Shown in pieces: positions 1 to 13,799 of a stretch of 64,000 nucleotides of DNA. Source of the stretch: the human T2T-CHM13v2.0 reference genome, Homo sapiens; assembly GCA_009914755.4 (NCBI GenBank), contig CP086569.2:18080001-18144000 (forward strand), read 5' to 3'. Made by a program: the position numbers and the translations under genes. The notes under the pieces were generated by a model that was given only the letters and a program-made list of their open reading frames with translations, was not told the origin of the DNA and searched no databases. The first letter of the stretch is position 1, and each line of letters opens with the position of its first letter.

Positions 1-734
1 GGACTTTGAAGTAATCAAGGGCAAGTAAAAATTGCTCCAGAGAAGGAAGAACAAGACTTACGACCAGTACAGATTCAGGGAATCCTATAGATTTGAGGCC
101 AAGAAGTAGGGAGCTAAGAAAGTTTCATTTATGACATTACAGGAAAACACAGTTATTTTGTCACAATGGTTGAGGAAATCTAAGGCTGCCTGCAAGAGAT
201 AACTTTATATCTAACAGGAGACAGACAGAATTGGGAAAAGATGCCCAGGTATTGAAGAATAAAAATAAACAAGTTCAGAACAGAAAATAGCAAATTAACA
301 ATAATGGAAGAGTTTTTCCTTTCAATGTATTCAGGGAAGGGAAAATTGACACTGTAAAAGAAGGCTTAGAACAATGAAATATGAAGACACATCTATTAAG
401 TAAAAAGATAACCTTTTCCACAACATTATGTGAAATCACATTAGGATCATCAGATAAACTGGCAAGGGTAGTCAAGGATACATTTTGCCAATTATTTATG
501 CTACAATAGGAATAGTACAGTTTAGAAAAGTTACTTCCCAGATGGGCTGGATACCCAACATGTGCTGGGAACACCCTCTTATGTGTGGTTGAAAGAACAA
601 TGGTAAAACCTCCCATGTGGAACATCTTTTTATTTGCTTTTAAAACTGGGATTTTACATCTAAAGAAGCAGATATTCCACCGAGATCAATGAGGAGGTAG
701 CACAGTGAATGCAAGATGGTAATAGGAAAGCCTA

Positions 735-1215
<481 letters not shown>

Positions 1216-3729
1216 AGAAAGACAGAAAGAAAAGAAAAGAAAGGAAAGTTGTGAATATAAATTATTTTGCTGGGGTTCTTGGGAAAATAAAATACCATGT
1301 ATACATTCTCACTCAGCATAGCAGTGGAAACTAAATAAATCACATGATAATCCAAATACAGAAACACATGCACTAGGTTGATTATATTGTTTTTGTTAAT
1401 TTAATACAATGGATGACTTTTTATTAGTGAATAACATAGTAAGTAGCAGGAATTACTTTTCTATTGACTTCCATGATATTTCCTGAAATCATTGGCTGTA
1501 ACTCCTTTAGAAAAGATAGCCAGTAACAGACTCAGAGACAGTTCTTTTTCAACATTTAATAAAGAATATCAGGCATTGGATACAGAATTTATAAAGAATG
1601 GTAATGCTTGTTTAAATCACAATTGTTGGTGCCTTTCTGTTTATCAGAAACCCAAACCATTCTGAGGCCTTTATATATTTTGGAGATGAAAGAGTGAAAA
1701 ACATGAACACACCAGAACTGAGACTATATTAAAATCAGAGTACTGAATATTATAATTTCTTTCTCAGCCAAAGAAAATGGTTCTTTGAAGCCATCCAGCC
1801 TTGTAAACAAATTGTGCTAATGTGCTAGGGTTTAGTGGAGAAGGGACATCATTAAATGGTTTTCTATGACCTAAACGACTGTCAAGGAAAGCTCCCATTT
1901 CTTTCTCAGCTCAGTGATTTCTCATCCAATTTCCTTTATTTTTACCTTGGCAGAATGACAGCTTGGTACATTATTTTCTCTCTCATCATCTTTATCTCTT
2001 GATAAGCAAATGAATTTATTTTTAAACAAAAGTCAAATGAATGACAAACTTTGGATATCTGGTCAGGCAGAAAAGTGTATGTAGATAAATAGATCAGTTG
2101 CACGACAATTCTTAGGCAAATATTTGGGGAACCTTAAAATGGCAACAACAGTGGAAATGAGAATAATCTTTTAACATTTGCTGAATAGCCTTTAAATGAT
2201 GAGAGTCTGTGGTGTCCTAAAGCCCACATATGCAAATAGGGCAAACATCCAAAGTTGTTTTTCCACTAAAGAGCATGCCTTCCCTAATAAGGCTGCCTGG
2301 GGCATCTTATTATTCTTGATTTTGGGCAAAGCATGGCTTTCAAAGACACCAAGAATCACACATCATTTCTGGGGAAATTGAGGGTGGAGGAAGCTTAAGG
2401 GTGACTCAGTCATGCAAAGCATCCTTGTCTCCTGAGGAAAAAATTGTGTGGTCCATTTTTCTTTCATTTACCAAGCAACTTGGGAACAAATAATTGTATC
2501 TGCATGATGGGAGAAAACTCTTTTTTTGAAAATGTTTTTGATATGAAATATGTCTGAAACACAGTAATACCTAGTGGCTAGTACAATATTTCATATGTAA
2601 ACACCTTATGAATACTCCACACAGCCCTGAAATGTCTGAATGTTTTGAAATGGTTTTGTAATCATCTTCTTCATTCATTTCTTAACTTTAAAATTGTTGT
2701 ATCTTCATCTTTCAGAGAGTTTTTGTCAGGTCAAAAGAATTTTTTTTAGTTTACTGGAAGTTTGTCTTCCAGTTAATTATCATTAACATTTGTTGAATGC
2801 TTTATTAAATTATGACTTGTGTTCTTTATTCTGTGGATGCAATAGTTCATACTCATATATTTTTCAATAATCAAATATTCTTGGGTTTCTAGAATAAACC
2901 TAAATTGATTGTGATTGATTTTTGTAACCTAGCTGAATTCACTTTTCTATTTTCATTTAGGATATTTACAATCATATCCATATGTACATTGTTATAGTTT
3001 TCTTACAAGACTCTGGTTTTTCATCACGTATTTTATTTTATTAAAAAAATATATTCAGTGAAGGTTATAATGTTCTCATAAACGTAGATGGAAAGTGTAT
3101 GTGTGTGGGTTTGTGTGTAAGTGTGTTTGCATGAAATTCTGATTTGAACATGCATCTCTGAAATAAACCTCAGCATCCTTCTTGGTTGACTGATGGGGAA
3201 TGAAATACAAAAGTACCAGTGAGCATCAGCGAATGTAGAGAAGTTGAGTGAGGGTGAAGCTGAAGGATATGAAAAGGAAGTTTTTCAAGATCTATCAAGA
3301 GATTATCTCAAAGCCTGATTTTGTATTTAAAATGAAGACCTGCTTATGAACACGTAGTGGTGTTCCTCCGCCTAAAACATTCTTGCTTTTTGAAAACATA
3401 TGATAGATTATTGTTAACACTACTCATCTTACAGTGCTTTAGAGCGTTAAAATTTATTCCTCTTATCTAGCCATAATTTTGTATCCGTTAACCAACCAGT
3501 CCCTATCTTCCTTCCCTTCCCCTTCCCAGCCTCTAATAACTGAAATACTCCCTACTTCTATGACATGGTTGTTATTATCAGCATATGTATACATGTTATT
3601 ATAAAGAATATTCATGTTTTCTTCAGTTTCAAAGTCCTCCCTCATTTCTTGATATTTGTAGGGACTGTTATTTTAACAATAGAATATGATCTCACAAGTG
3701 TTATGGGCTAAATTGCATGTCCTTAAAAT

Positions 3730-4105
3730 GTATACATTGAAGTCCTACCAAGTCCTAATCCCAAAACTTCAGAATGTGACTCTCTGTGAAAATGGGTTCT
3801 TTGAAGAGGTAATTAAAGTAAAATGAGGTTACTAAACTGGGCCCTGATTCAGTTGGACTGGTATCCTTATAAGAATAAGAGATGAGGACACAGCCACATG
3901 CAGAGGCATGACCCTGTGAGGACACAAGGAGAAGAAGAAGACAGCATCTACAAGCCAAGAAGAGACGACTCAGGAGAAATCAGCCCTGCTCACACCTTGA
4001 TCTCAGGCTACCAGCCTTCAGAATCATGAGAAAATAAAATCCTTTTGTTTAAGCCTGCCAGTCTCTGGTATTTTTGTTATTGGCAGCCTTGGGACATTAA
4101 CACAA
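3730..4105 (+). mobile_element. MaLR solo LTR, MLT1-like
   Basis: Matches the MLT1 consensus as I remember it: ...ccttataagaa.aagagatgaggacacag...catctacaagccaagaagaga...caccttgatct..ggct.ccagcct.cagaa..atgagaaaataaa..ctgttgtttaagcc.cccagtct.tggtatttt. Confidence 0.65.
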
Positions 4106-4799
4106 GACATTGCATAATACACTGAAGAGAATATAGACTATATTTTAACTATTCACTTGAATTTTTAAATAATTTTTCTATTGATGCAACCATTAACTAT
4201 ATTCAGTAATATATAAAATTTCTGTCATAAATGATATTAAGTATTAAATTAATTAAAAATATATTCCACTACTAGCATTATTCATTTAATAAAAATGATT
4301 ATTAAGAGAAAAATAAGACATTTTATGTAAATTGTATTACAAATGGAATATTTTTGTGTTTTTAAAAGCTCAGTGTCCAGGAAAGACTCCAGCTCCATTT
4401 CTGAGTCTAATTCCAACTGTGGTGAGCTCTGCAGTTTCTATTTAGCTGCAGTTGAATTTTCTGAACTCAACCGGTCTACTTAAATTGTCACATTTTCCAT
4501 CTTGGGCTGACCTCAGGGTTAAAGTCTGCCCTTGGATTTGTAAAATCCTCCTTCTAGCAAGTTACCAGTGAAAACAAATAACTAAATATCACCACTGAAA
4601 TATTGTTCTGTGAGTTTTACGATTTTAACTGTCCTCCTAAAAGTTTAGGATAACTTTATAAAAAATCCCAAATGACATTCTTTCTACACAGTTACCATTG
4701 GATCATCACCGTCAAAATTCATCTAAGATGATAAGACCTGCTTTTGAGGGCATATACACAGAAAAGTTAAACATTATATGAAATGTCATGAATCCAAGG

Positions 4800-5235
4800 T
4801 TGGCACTCAGGTATTTAATTTTATTTATTCTAAGTAATTTAATATTTATTCTAAGCATACACATTATTCTAAGTCACTTTAGTAGTATAAATATATACTA
4901 TATACTGGATATTATATATCCAATATTATATGTATATATTAGTATATAGTATGTACACTAGGTACATTATATTTATATATACATAGTATATATAGTTGGT
5001 ATTTGTATTGTATATATGTGTAGTGTATATATTATATATGATGTACTCTATAATATTGTATATATACTATATGTAATATGTAGTGTGTATATACACTAAT
5101 GTGTATATATACACACATATACTATATGTAATATAGTATATATACTATATATAAGGTATATATAATATAGTATGTATATGATATAAAATGTGTGTGTATA
5201 TACACACACACTCCCCAATACACACAGGCACACAC
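4800..5235. repeat. Complex TA-rich simple repeat (TATATG/TATAC-like units) ending in a (CA)n/(CACA) tract
   Basis: Visible low-complexity run: atatatactatatactggatattatatatc...tgtgtgtatatacacacacactcc. Confidence 0.85.
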
Positions 5236-5350
5236 ATGCACACATGTACACATTACAGTAACTCCCAATTACACATTGTTGATACATTCTTGGGAGCTCT
5301 GACTTCAAGTAAAGCATTGTACTGTACTGTATTGAAAAAAACACATTTAT

Positions 5351-5645
5351 CCAGGTGCAGTGGTTCACATCTGTAATCCTAGCACTTTGAGAGGCTGAGG
5401 CAGGTGAGTCACTTGAGCTCGGGAGTTTGAGACCCATATGGGCAATATGGCAAAACTCTGTCTCTTAAAATAATACAAACAAAAATTGGCTTGGTGTGGT
5501 GGCATGGACCTGTAGTCTCAGCTACTCAGTAGGCTGAGGTGAGAGACTCTCTTGAGCCCAGGAACTTGAGGCTGCTCTGAGCTAGGACTACACCACTACA
5601 CTCCAGCCTGGGCAAGACAGTGAGACACAGTCTTGAAAATAAAAT
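5351..5645 (+). mobile_element. Alu SINE (AluS-like)
   Basis: ccaggtgcagtggttcacatctgtaatcctagcactttgagaggctgaggcagg...cactacactccagcctgggcaagacagtgagacacagtcttgaaaataaaatt. Confidence 0.9.
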
Positions 5646-6596
5646 TAGATGTTCACTCTAAAATAACAATTAAAAGTATAGAATAGCAAATGCATAAACC
5701 ATTAACACAGTAGTTTGTTATTATGAGGTATTATGTAGTGACCATAACTGTATGTGCTAGACTTTAATATGACTGGCACTGCAGTAGTTTTGTTTACACA
5801 AGGATCACCATAAGTACATGAGAAATGCAAGACTTTAGGACAATTACAAACTCAGTAAGCAATAGGAATTTTTCAGTTTTATTATAACCTCATGGGACCA
5901 CTGTCATCTATGACCACGATGTTATGAGGTGTGTGGCTGTAGATAGGTTTGTAATCACAAATTGTTTTGCCATAATTTCAGTAAGCGGTCCATTTTAATA
6001 CAATAGATATTAAAATATTTGAATATCTCAAGTATGGCATGCACCCATAGGCATTTTAGACAGGCAGCCCTTTATGGGGGTTGAGCGCTGAACCTTGGGC
6101 ACTGGGCTGGTCAGGCTGAGTTCTTATCTGAGATGTCCCTCTTACCTATGGCAGGAGACATAACTCACTGGGTCTCAATGTCTTCATCTATAAACGTGGG
6201 ATGGAATTTTTTTTTTCTCCAGAGGGTGTTGGCTTGAAGTAATTAAATAATAATACTCTACCGTTAGAGTGTGCCAGCAGGTAGTAAAAGTTCAATGCAT
6301 GTTTATTACTTTCATCAGTAATTTGGGGGAAAAATACATTTTTACCCAGCCATCCCTGAAAAATAACTTCAATGCCATTCAATATTTTAAATATTCAATT
6401 GTTAGCTGTATGCCAGAAAGTGTGATAGCATCAGGTACATAATTGTAAACTGTGGTAGTTTTTTTTGTTTTGTTTTGTTTTGTTTCCCTTATCAAGAAAT
6501 TTTAAGGGAGTGTTTCTGAACTGCAGGACTTCTGATATTTGGGGCTGATTTGTGTGTGTATGTGTGTGTGCAGGGCCACGATATATATTGCAGGGG

Positions 6597-7012
6597 TGAT
6601 ATGATTTGGATCTGTGTCCCTGCCTAAATCTCATGTAAAATTGTAGTACCCAGTGTTGGAGTTGGGGCCTGGTGGGAGGTGTCTGGATCATGGAGGTGTT
6701 TGTCCTAAACGCTTTCACACCATCCCCTTGGTGTTGATTTTATGATCCTGAATGAGTTGCTGTGAAGGCTGATTGTTTTAAAGTGTGTGGCATCTCCCCC
6801 TTCTCTTTCTTGCTCCTGCTCTGGCCCTGTAAGATGTGACTGCTTCTGCTTTTCTTTCCGCCATGATTGTAAGCTTCCTGAGGCCTCCTCAGAAGCAGAA
6901 CCCACCATCCATGTTTCCTCTACAGCCTTACAGCCTGCAGAACTCTGATCCAATTAAACCTCTTTTTTTTTCGTAAAGAAGAATAGTATTTCTATGTAGC
7001 TAATACAGGAGA
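6597..7012 (+). mobile_element. MaLR solo LTR, THE1/MST family, with internal deletion near the 3' end
   Basis: tgatatgatttggatctgtgtccctgcctaaatctcatgtaaaattgtagtacccagtgttggagttggggcctggtgggaggtg...gccatgattgtaagcttcctgaggcctcc...caattaaacctcttttt...ctaatacag matches the THE1 consensus start, middle and end. Preceded by a (GT)n run at 6556-6580. Confidence 0.8.
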
Positions 7013-8131
7013 TTTAACCACATCTCTGATCTCCACGGGATAGAAGACAGTAGCCTCTTCTCAGTTCTCATTTCACAGCTGTGACAACTAAAAATGTCTC
7101 CAAACACTGCCAGATGTCCTGTTCCCAGGGGCAAACTTGCCTCCGTTTGGAAACTGCTGCCTTAAAGAATTAGTAGCTTAGCAACTGCACAGGAAGATGT
7201 GTAAAGCACTTACAAAAAAGTTACAAGTGAAACCATCTTGGTATACACTGGGAGACCCTGCCTGGGCAAAGCTGATCAGGAAAGGTTTCTGCAGGAGTAT
7301 GTCTTTAAAATGGACCTGAAGGTTGGATATAGTTAAGCCACAAAGTGTGAACAGGGTGGAAGAAAATCTGTGAATAAACCTAATATGGAAGAATAAGTTG
7401 CATTTCAGGAAGTGAAAGTTCAGTGTGGCCAGAATACATAGAATAAGCAAAAAGAAGTATGTTGAGGGATACTTCCAGAAAGAGAAGTAGGAGACAGATT
7501 GTAATGTTTCTTATATACCCTTTATCCTGAAAGCAATAAAAATCCATTCAAGAATTATGCAGTGAGGTAGTATATTAATTATAGTAGTATATAAATTAGG
7601 GTTGACTGTAAGTGAAAAGATAACCTCAATAAAACAAGAAAAAAGAGTTCTTTCATCTTGTTTCTCCACTACTCTCAATACATAACTTCTACCCATGTAG
7701 TCCAAAGTGGCTTCTGAACTTCCAGCCATTAGGTCTGCATCACACTGGCAGTAAGAATAATTTCTCTAAGGAATTAGAAATCCCTCCTTTTTAGGATTAT
7801 TTCTTGAAGTTCAAATATCACTTCTTACATCCTATGGGTTGAAAATTAATCACTAATGCAAGCAAAGTAAAAGAATAAGGATTTTTTTCTGAGTGGCCAT
7901 GATATCAGATAAAAGTAATAAGATCTGAAAATTACTGGAATTGATTGACATATGAAGGCACACAACTAGAAGTTTTATAACTATAATAGAACCATTTCAT
8001 TAGATCCAGTCCTGGAAATTACAGCCATCATTCCTACCTCTAATATACATTAGCATCTTAACCTAAATACCTGATGCGTGAAGATATGATTGAGGAGCGA
8101 TTAGTTTTTCAGTCTTATATTAAGAAATATA

Positions 8132-8438
<307 letters not shown>

Positions 8439-8577
8439 AATATAGTTTGGCACTAGAGAACATTTTTACTTTCCAATCTGTCCAATACTTTATAAAGTTG
8501 AAAATATTTGGAAGAAAACAAGTAAAATATTAGTAACTCACACCCTATGTCCCTGTTTCTCTGTAATAACTAAACAC

Positions 8578-8830
8578 ATGAATCTGATCAATTTTCTTCC
8601 TTTCTCCCTCCTTCCTTTTTCTTTCCTATCTTTTTTCTTTCTCTATTCTTTCTTTTCTTTCCTTCTTTCTTTTCTATTTCTTTCCTTCCTTTCTTTTTTC
8701 CTACTTCCTTCCTTTGTTTCTCCCTTCCTTCCTTTACTTCTCTTTTTCCTTCCCTCCTTTCCTTCCTTGTTTTCTTCCTTCCTTCTTCCCCTCCCCTCCT
8801 CCTCTACCCTCCCTTTCCTTTCATGCATTG
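8578..8830 (+). repeat. Polypyrimidine (CTTT/CCTT/TTCC)n simple repeat, about 250 bp
   Basis: ttcttcctttctccctccttcctttttctttcctatcttttttctttc... Purine-free on the + strand apart from rare interruptions. Confidence 0.9.
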
Positions 8831-9521
8831 CATACCCAGGTAGATGTAGGAAATTGTCCCACAAATTGTAAGTTGATATTATCTAGCAACTACAGTATTA
8901 TCTATGCAGGTAAAATTTAAATTTATCTTCACACAGTGTTTATAGTGGACTTATTAACACTTGAATTCACCTCAACAGGAGAATAAATAAACAAATGGTG
9001 GTACATTCACACAGTGTAAGATAACTCAATAATAAAAAAGAAAAAAACTGTACACAAGCAAAACCTTGAAGAATTTCCAAGCATAAAAATCTAAGAGGAA
9101 GATGTCAGATGCAAAAATCTATATACTGAAACAGCTATGTATATAAGATTCCAAAACAGACACAACTACAGGAAGAGCCTTAAATCAGGGGTTGCCAAGA
9201 CTAGGAGTTAGGGGAGACTCTGACTGCAAAAGATTAGGATGAAAGTACAGAGATGTTCTTTATCTTGATTGTGGTGGTGGTCCTGTGACTATACAACTTT
9301 GTCAAAAGTTGCAGAACTTCACATACACCAAAAGTATACATTTTACAGTTGAAAATTATATCTTAAAAATCTGAAAAATGTTTATAGGAAACATTGTTTT
9401 CATTTGATGAATGACTCAAAATACAGGAATAGGTGACCTATCAGGAAAACCTGCTTTAAAATATCTCAAATATTGAAATTTCTAGATTTCTGTAGAATGT
9501 TTCATCAGAATGGCATTTACT

Positions 9522-9835
9522 GGCCAGACACGGTGGCTCACTCCTGTAATCCCAACATTTTGGGAGGTCGAGGCAGATCACAAAGTCAGAAGTTTGAGAC
9601 CATCTTGGCCAATATGGTGAAACCCTGTCTCTACTAAACATACAAAAATTATCCGGGTCTGGTGTTGTTCACCTTAGTCCCAGATACTCAGGAGGCTGAG
9701 GCAAGAGAATCACTTAAACCCGGGAGGTGGAGGTTTCAATGAGCTGAGATTGTGCCACTGACTCCAGCCTGGGCAACTGAGCAAGACTCCATCTCATAAA
9801 ACAAAACAAAATAAAAACAAACAAGCAACCCCCCC
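9522..9835 (+). mobile_element. Alu SINE (AluS-like)
   Basis: ggccagacacggtggctcactcctgtaatcccaacattttgggaggtcgaggcag...cagcctgggcaactgagcaagactccatctcataaaacaaaacaaaat. Confidence 0.9.
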
Positions 9836-9997
9836 AAAAAAAACAAACACAGACACACACTAAAGAATGGCACTCCCTGAATTGTTGACATAACCATTGA
9901 GAGGGAATCAGTGATGCCTTTGTGAAAGGGGAAACAGATTAGAGGGAAGTCAAGGTGAATTTAGGAGAAGCAGTAAGCAGTATTATAAGAAAAAATA

Positions 9998-10364
<367 letters not shown>

Positions 10365-10599
10365 TCAGCCACTGAAATCAACCAAATCGTCACATACACA
10401 GTTTTTTTCCTGGATAAACATGGACATGGACGGCTCTGGCCTTGAAGCTTGAAACTTACTTTGTTTTATCTGTGTTTCTTCTTCAGAAAAGGACCACTAG
10501 GCATCTTAAAATGTATCAAAGAACTGAAAATCATGAGATCATAGCATCAAGACAAGGTCCCTCATTCATCACAATTGCTTCCTTACCCCTCCTGAGTTC

Positions 10600-10790
10600 C
10601 TGTTTCCTCACACACAATTGCATTTCTTCCCTGCTATATAAACCCCTGATTTTAATCAGTCAGGGAGATGGATTTGAGTCTGATTGATCTTCCATCTCAT
10701 TGGCTGCAGCATCTGATTTAAAGCCTTTTCCCAGGGGCAATGCTGGTTGTCTTAGTGATTGGCTTTCCCTGTGGTGAGTAGCAAGACCTA
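10600..10790 (+). promoter_or_regulatory. Promoter-like block: TATA box (ctatataaacc), two inverted CCAAT boxes (cattggctg, gtgattggct) and a consensus 5' splice donor (gtggtgagtag). Possibly LTR-derived.
   Basis: Motifs read directly: ccctgctatataaacccctg...ctcattggctgcagc...agtgattggctttccctgtggtgagtagcaag. There is no supporting ORF or expression data. Confidence 0.25.
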
Positions 10791-11272
10791 GACCGAACTC
10801 CTTATATTTCAGTAACATCATGATTCAGCTCAAGTGTTTTCACTCCAGAAGTTACAGACTTAAAACAATATATGCTATGGAGAAAGTTATGAATGTGTAT
10901 CCTATTTAGAAATTGGTGGAACCAGGCCTGACTAATCACCCTTGGGCTGGCAGCTGGATGCCAGTCTGGTGGCCCTTGCTCATGCAGTGATTTCTGGCAG
11001 AGATGGTGAGGGTCACACCCACTGCTGGACAGTGTGAGTCAGGGGCAGCCTGGACTGATGCCATGGCATTTCTGCTTGCTAAAGATGCCAGCCTGCAGAG
11101 CCTGGCCAGGAAGATCTCCTCCCAGCCAGCCCAGAGTCAGAGGTGGGTATGTGGGCTGGCAAAACTCAAGGCTCAGAAACTGTAGGGCCCCAAAAAAAGA
11201 AAAGGAAGAAAATACACATAAAATTTCCAGAAGGGAGAAGATAAGGCTGCTGAGCACAAGGCCTAGTCCCAC

Positions 11273-12667
11273 TGTGTCCAGAATTGGTGGGTTCTTGGTC
11301 TTGCTGACTTCAAGAATGAAGCCACAGGCCCTCGTGGTGAGTGTTACAGTTCTTAAGGATAGTGTGTCTGGAGTTTGTGTCTTCAGATGTTCAGATGTGT
11401 TTGGAATTTCTTCCTTCTGGTTGGTTCATGTTCTCGTTGACTTCAGGAGTGAAGCTGCAGACCTTGGCGGTGAGTGTTACAGCTCTTAAAGGCAGCATTT
11501 CTGGAGTTGTTCATTCCTCCCATCCAGAGTTGTTTGTCCCTCCCAGTGGGTTCATGGTCTCGCTGGCTTCAGCAGTGAGTAAAGCTGCAGAAATTGGAGT
11601 GAGTGTTACAGCTCATAAAGGTGGCGCAGACCTAAAGAGTGAGCAGCAGCAAGATTTATTGTGAAGAGTGAAAGAACAAAGCTTCCACAGCGTGGAAGGG
11701 GACCTGACTGGGTTGCCACTGCTGGCTCAGGCAGCCTGCTTTTATTCCCTTATCAGACCCCACATCCTACTGATTGGCCCATTGTACAGAGAGCTGATTG
11801 GTCTGTTTTGACACGGTGCTGATTGGTGTGCTTACAATCCCTCAGCAAGACACAGAATGCTGATTTCTGTATTTACAATCCTCTAGTTAGACATTAAAGT
11901 TCTCCAAGTCCCCACTAGATTAGCTAGACACAGAGCACTGATTGTTGCTTTTACAAACCTTGAGCTAGAAACAGGGTGCTGATTGGTGCATTTACAATCC
12001 TATAGCTAGTCATAAAAGTTCTACAAGTTCCCACCTGACATAGGAGCCCAGGTGGCTTTGCCTAGTGGATCCCATGCCAGGGCTGTGGGTGGAGCTGCCT
12101 GCCAGTCCCACACCAAGCGCTTGCACTCCTCAGCCCTTGGGCAGTTGATGGGACAGGGTGCTGTGGAGCAGGGGGCGGTGCCCAGCAGGGAAGCCCAGGA
12201 TGCACAGGAGCCCACTGTGGGGGGCTCAGGCATGCTGGGCTGCAAGTCCCAAGCCCTGCCCATGGGGAGGTGGCTGAGGCCTGGTGATAATTCAAGTGTG
12301 GTGCAGGTGGGCCAGCTGTGCTGGGGGACCCAGCACACCCTCCACAGCCACTGGCCTGGGTGTTAAGCCCCTCACTGCCTGGGCCAGAGGCACCAGCTGG
12401 CTGCTTCAAGTGCAGGTCCCACTGAGTCTGCACCCACCCAGAACTCGCACTGGTGCATGAGGGGTGTGCACAGCCTCGGTTCCCACCCACACCTCTCCCT
12501 CCACACCTCCCCACAGAGGGAGCCAGTTCTGGCCTTGGCCAGTCCAGAGAGGAGCTCCCACAGTGCAGCAGTGGGCTGAAACCCTCCTCAAACATGGCCA
12601 GAGTGGATGCCAAGGCCAACGAGATGCTGAGATCAAGTGAGAACTGCAAGCATGCTGTCACCTCTCA
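11273..12667 (-). mobile_element. ERV9 3' LTR (LTR12 family), full length, about 1.4 kb
   Basis: On the minus strand it starts TGAGAGGTGACAGC right after the PPT agagagggga. U3 has multiple CCAAT-box repeats (caccaatcagc, + strand ctgattggtg x6). AATAAAAGC and the R polyA signal cacaataaatcttgctgctgctcactc follow. U5 ends ccaattctggacaca. All consensus CpGs have decayed to TG/CA. Confidence 0.85.
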
Positions 12668-12699
12668 ATCCCCTCTCTAAACATGACACCCCAACTGTT

Positions 12700-13500
12700 G
12701 TTGGTAATTTGGCGATGACCGTTCTAGCTACTTCCTGTTGGATAGGGGTGATGAAGGGGCCCTGCAGTTGTAGTGTCCTACAGAGGGGAGCTCCCTAGGC
12801 TAGTGGAAGTGCCAGTGGGTCACTCCAGGGGTCCTCGGTAGAAGTTGTTAGTTGAACTCGTTTGGGGTTCCATTTGTAAGACCATCTGCACCTTGATGGC
12901 CTCAATTCTAGAGTAAACAAATTTAACAAGGAGGTTAAAAATACACGGTCCAAAGGCGAGTAATAGCCAGATGGCTGACACGGGACCTAGAAAGGGGAGA
13001 AGCCATGTTGCTTAACTCTAGAGGTTGGTATAAGAATTTGAAAGGCATTGTCTGATTTCAGAAGTCTTTTCCTGTAAACACCAGGCAGCATCTCGCACAA
13101 TCCCTGACTGGTTAGTGTAAAAACAACACTCTTCTCCTAAGAAGGTACAGAGTCCTCCTTTCTCAGCAGTGAGGATGTCTAGGCCTCAGTGGTTTTGGAG
13201 AGTCACTGCTGCCAAAGAGTCTGTTTGGGATTGTAGAGTAAGGATAGATTTAGTTATTTCTTGCAAACTGTCTGAAAAATCCTTTGAGTGTGTGGTAATA
13301 GGATAATGAAGTAGATAAACTGGCTATTCCAGTTCCTGTAGTGGCAGCCATTCCTAACCCTATAAGTAGGGGTACTAGTTTTATGGCTCTGCACTGACAG
13401 ACTTGAGCTTTGAGGGGTACTGATAGGGTCTGATTTCCTGGGGCAATGTTAAAGACTAACGTGCAGATGCCGTTCCAGTTAGTGGGGAGATATAGGTCAA
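12700..13500 (-). pseudogene. ERV9 env TM remnant (SU C-terminus, furin region, fusion peptide, immunosuppressive/CX6CC region), interrupted by stops
   Basis: Minus-strand ORF 13250-13750 ends ...CQCRAIKLVPLLIGLGMAATTGTGIASLSTSLSYYHTLKG, which is fusion-peptide-like. Hand translation downstream gives [38 protein letters not shown], the class I TM ISD/CX6CC motif. Confidence 0.7.
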
Positions 13501-13559
13501 CATTCCACATAAGAAGAATATACCTTGGCTGGGTAGGCAGAACTTTACCTTGACTTTTA

Positions 13560-13750
13560 AAGGAATAGGGTACATTGTTTTTTTTCTCTACTAGTTCCAT
13601 CTCTCTTTCTTTCTCTTTGACTTCTTCTTTGTCTCTTCCTCTCTTTCTGACTCTCTCTTTGACTTTCTGTGTCTGTCTCTTCCTCTCTCTTTCTCTGACT
13701 TTCTCTTTCTCTTTCCTTCTTGCTGATCTTTCCCTGGCTCTGCCAGCCAC
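13560..13750 (+). repeat. CT-rich polypyrimidine low-complexity tract inside the provirus, at the junction where integrase and env SU are missing
   Basis: ttctctactagttccatctctctttctttctctttgacttcttctttgtctcttcctctctttctg... Translated on the minus strand it gives an artefactual RERERKRQ-type ORF. Confidence 0.8.
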
Positions 13751-13799
13751 TTATGCTGCTATTCTCTCCTCTCCTTCCCATTTCGATGGCTTTGGCAGT

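Noticed and set aside
8578-8920. ORFs encoding poly-Lys/Arg/Glu or Ser/Phe/Leu-rich peptides (8578-8871 +, 8643-8864 -, 8714-8920 +; also 60920-61201 - and the N-terminal half of 13250-13750 -)
   Set aside because: These are direct translations of polypyrimidine/polypurine simple repeats.
11003-11489. ORFs 11003-11185 and 11034-11489 (+) running from the left flank into the ERV9 LTR
   Set aside because: The longer one crosses the provirus boundary at 11273, so it cannot be a host gene. The flank part is noted only as possibly related to the 19325-20880 island.
11273-12667. Initial reading of both LTR12 copies as plus-strand elements, opposite to the ERV internal genes
   Set aside because: Reverse-complementing puts the CCAAT boxes (caccaatcagc), AATAAAAGC and the polyA signal AATAAATCTTGCTGCTGCTCAC in sense. 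The LTR then starts TGAGAGG right after a PPT (agagagggga) and ends ...GGACACA, colinear with the minus-strand order gag, pol, env. Both LTRs are therefore minus-strand.
12021-12680. Long ORFs on both strands inside the LTR12 3' LTR (e.g. 12062-12661 -, 199 aa; 12052-12366 +)
   Set aside because: They fall in the GC-rich, CpG-decayed LTR interior. Stop codons are rare there by composition. No known domain is present and ORFs overlap on both strands.
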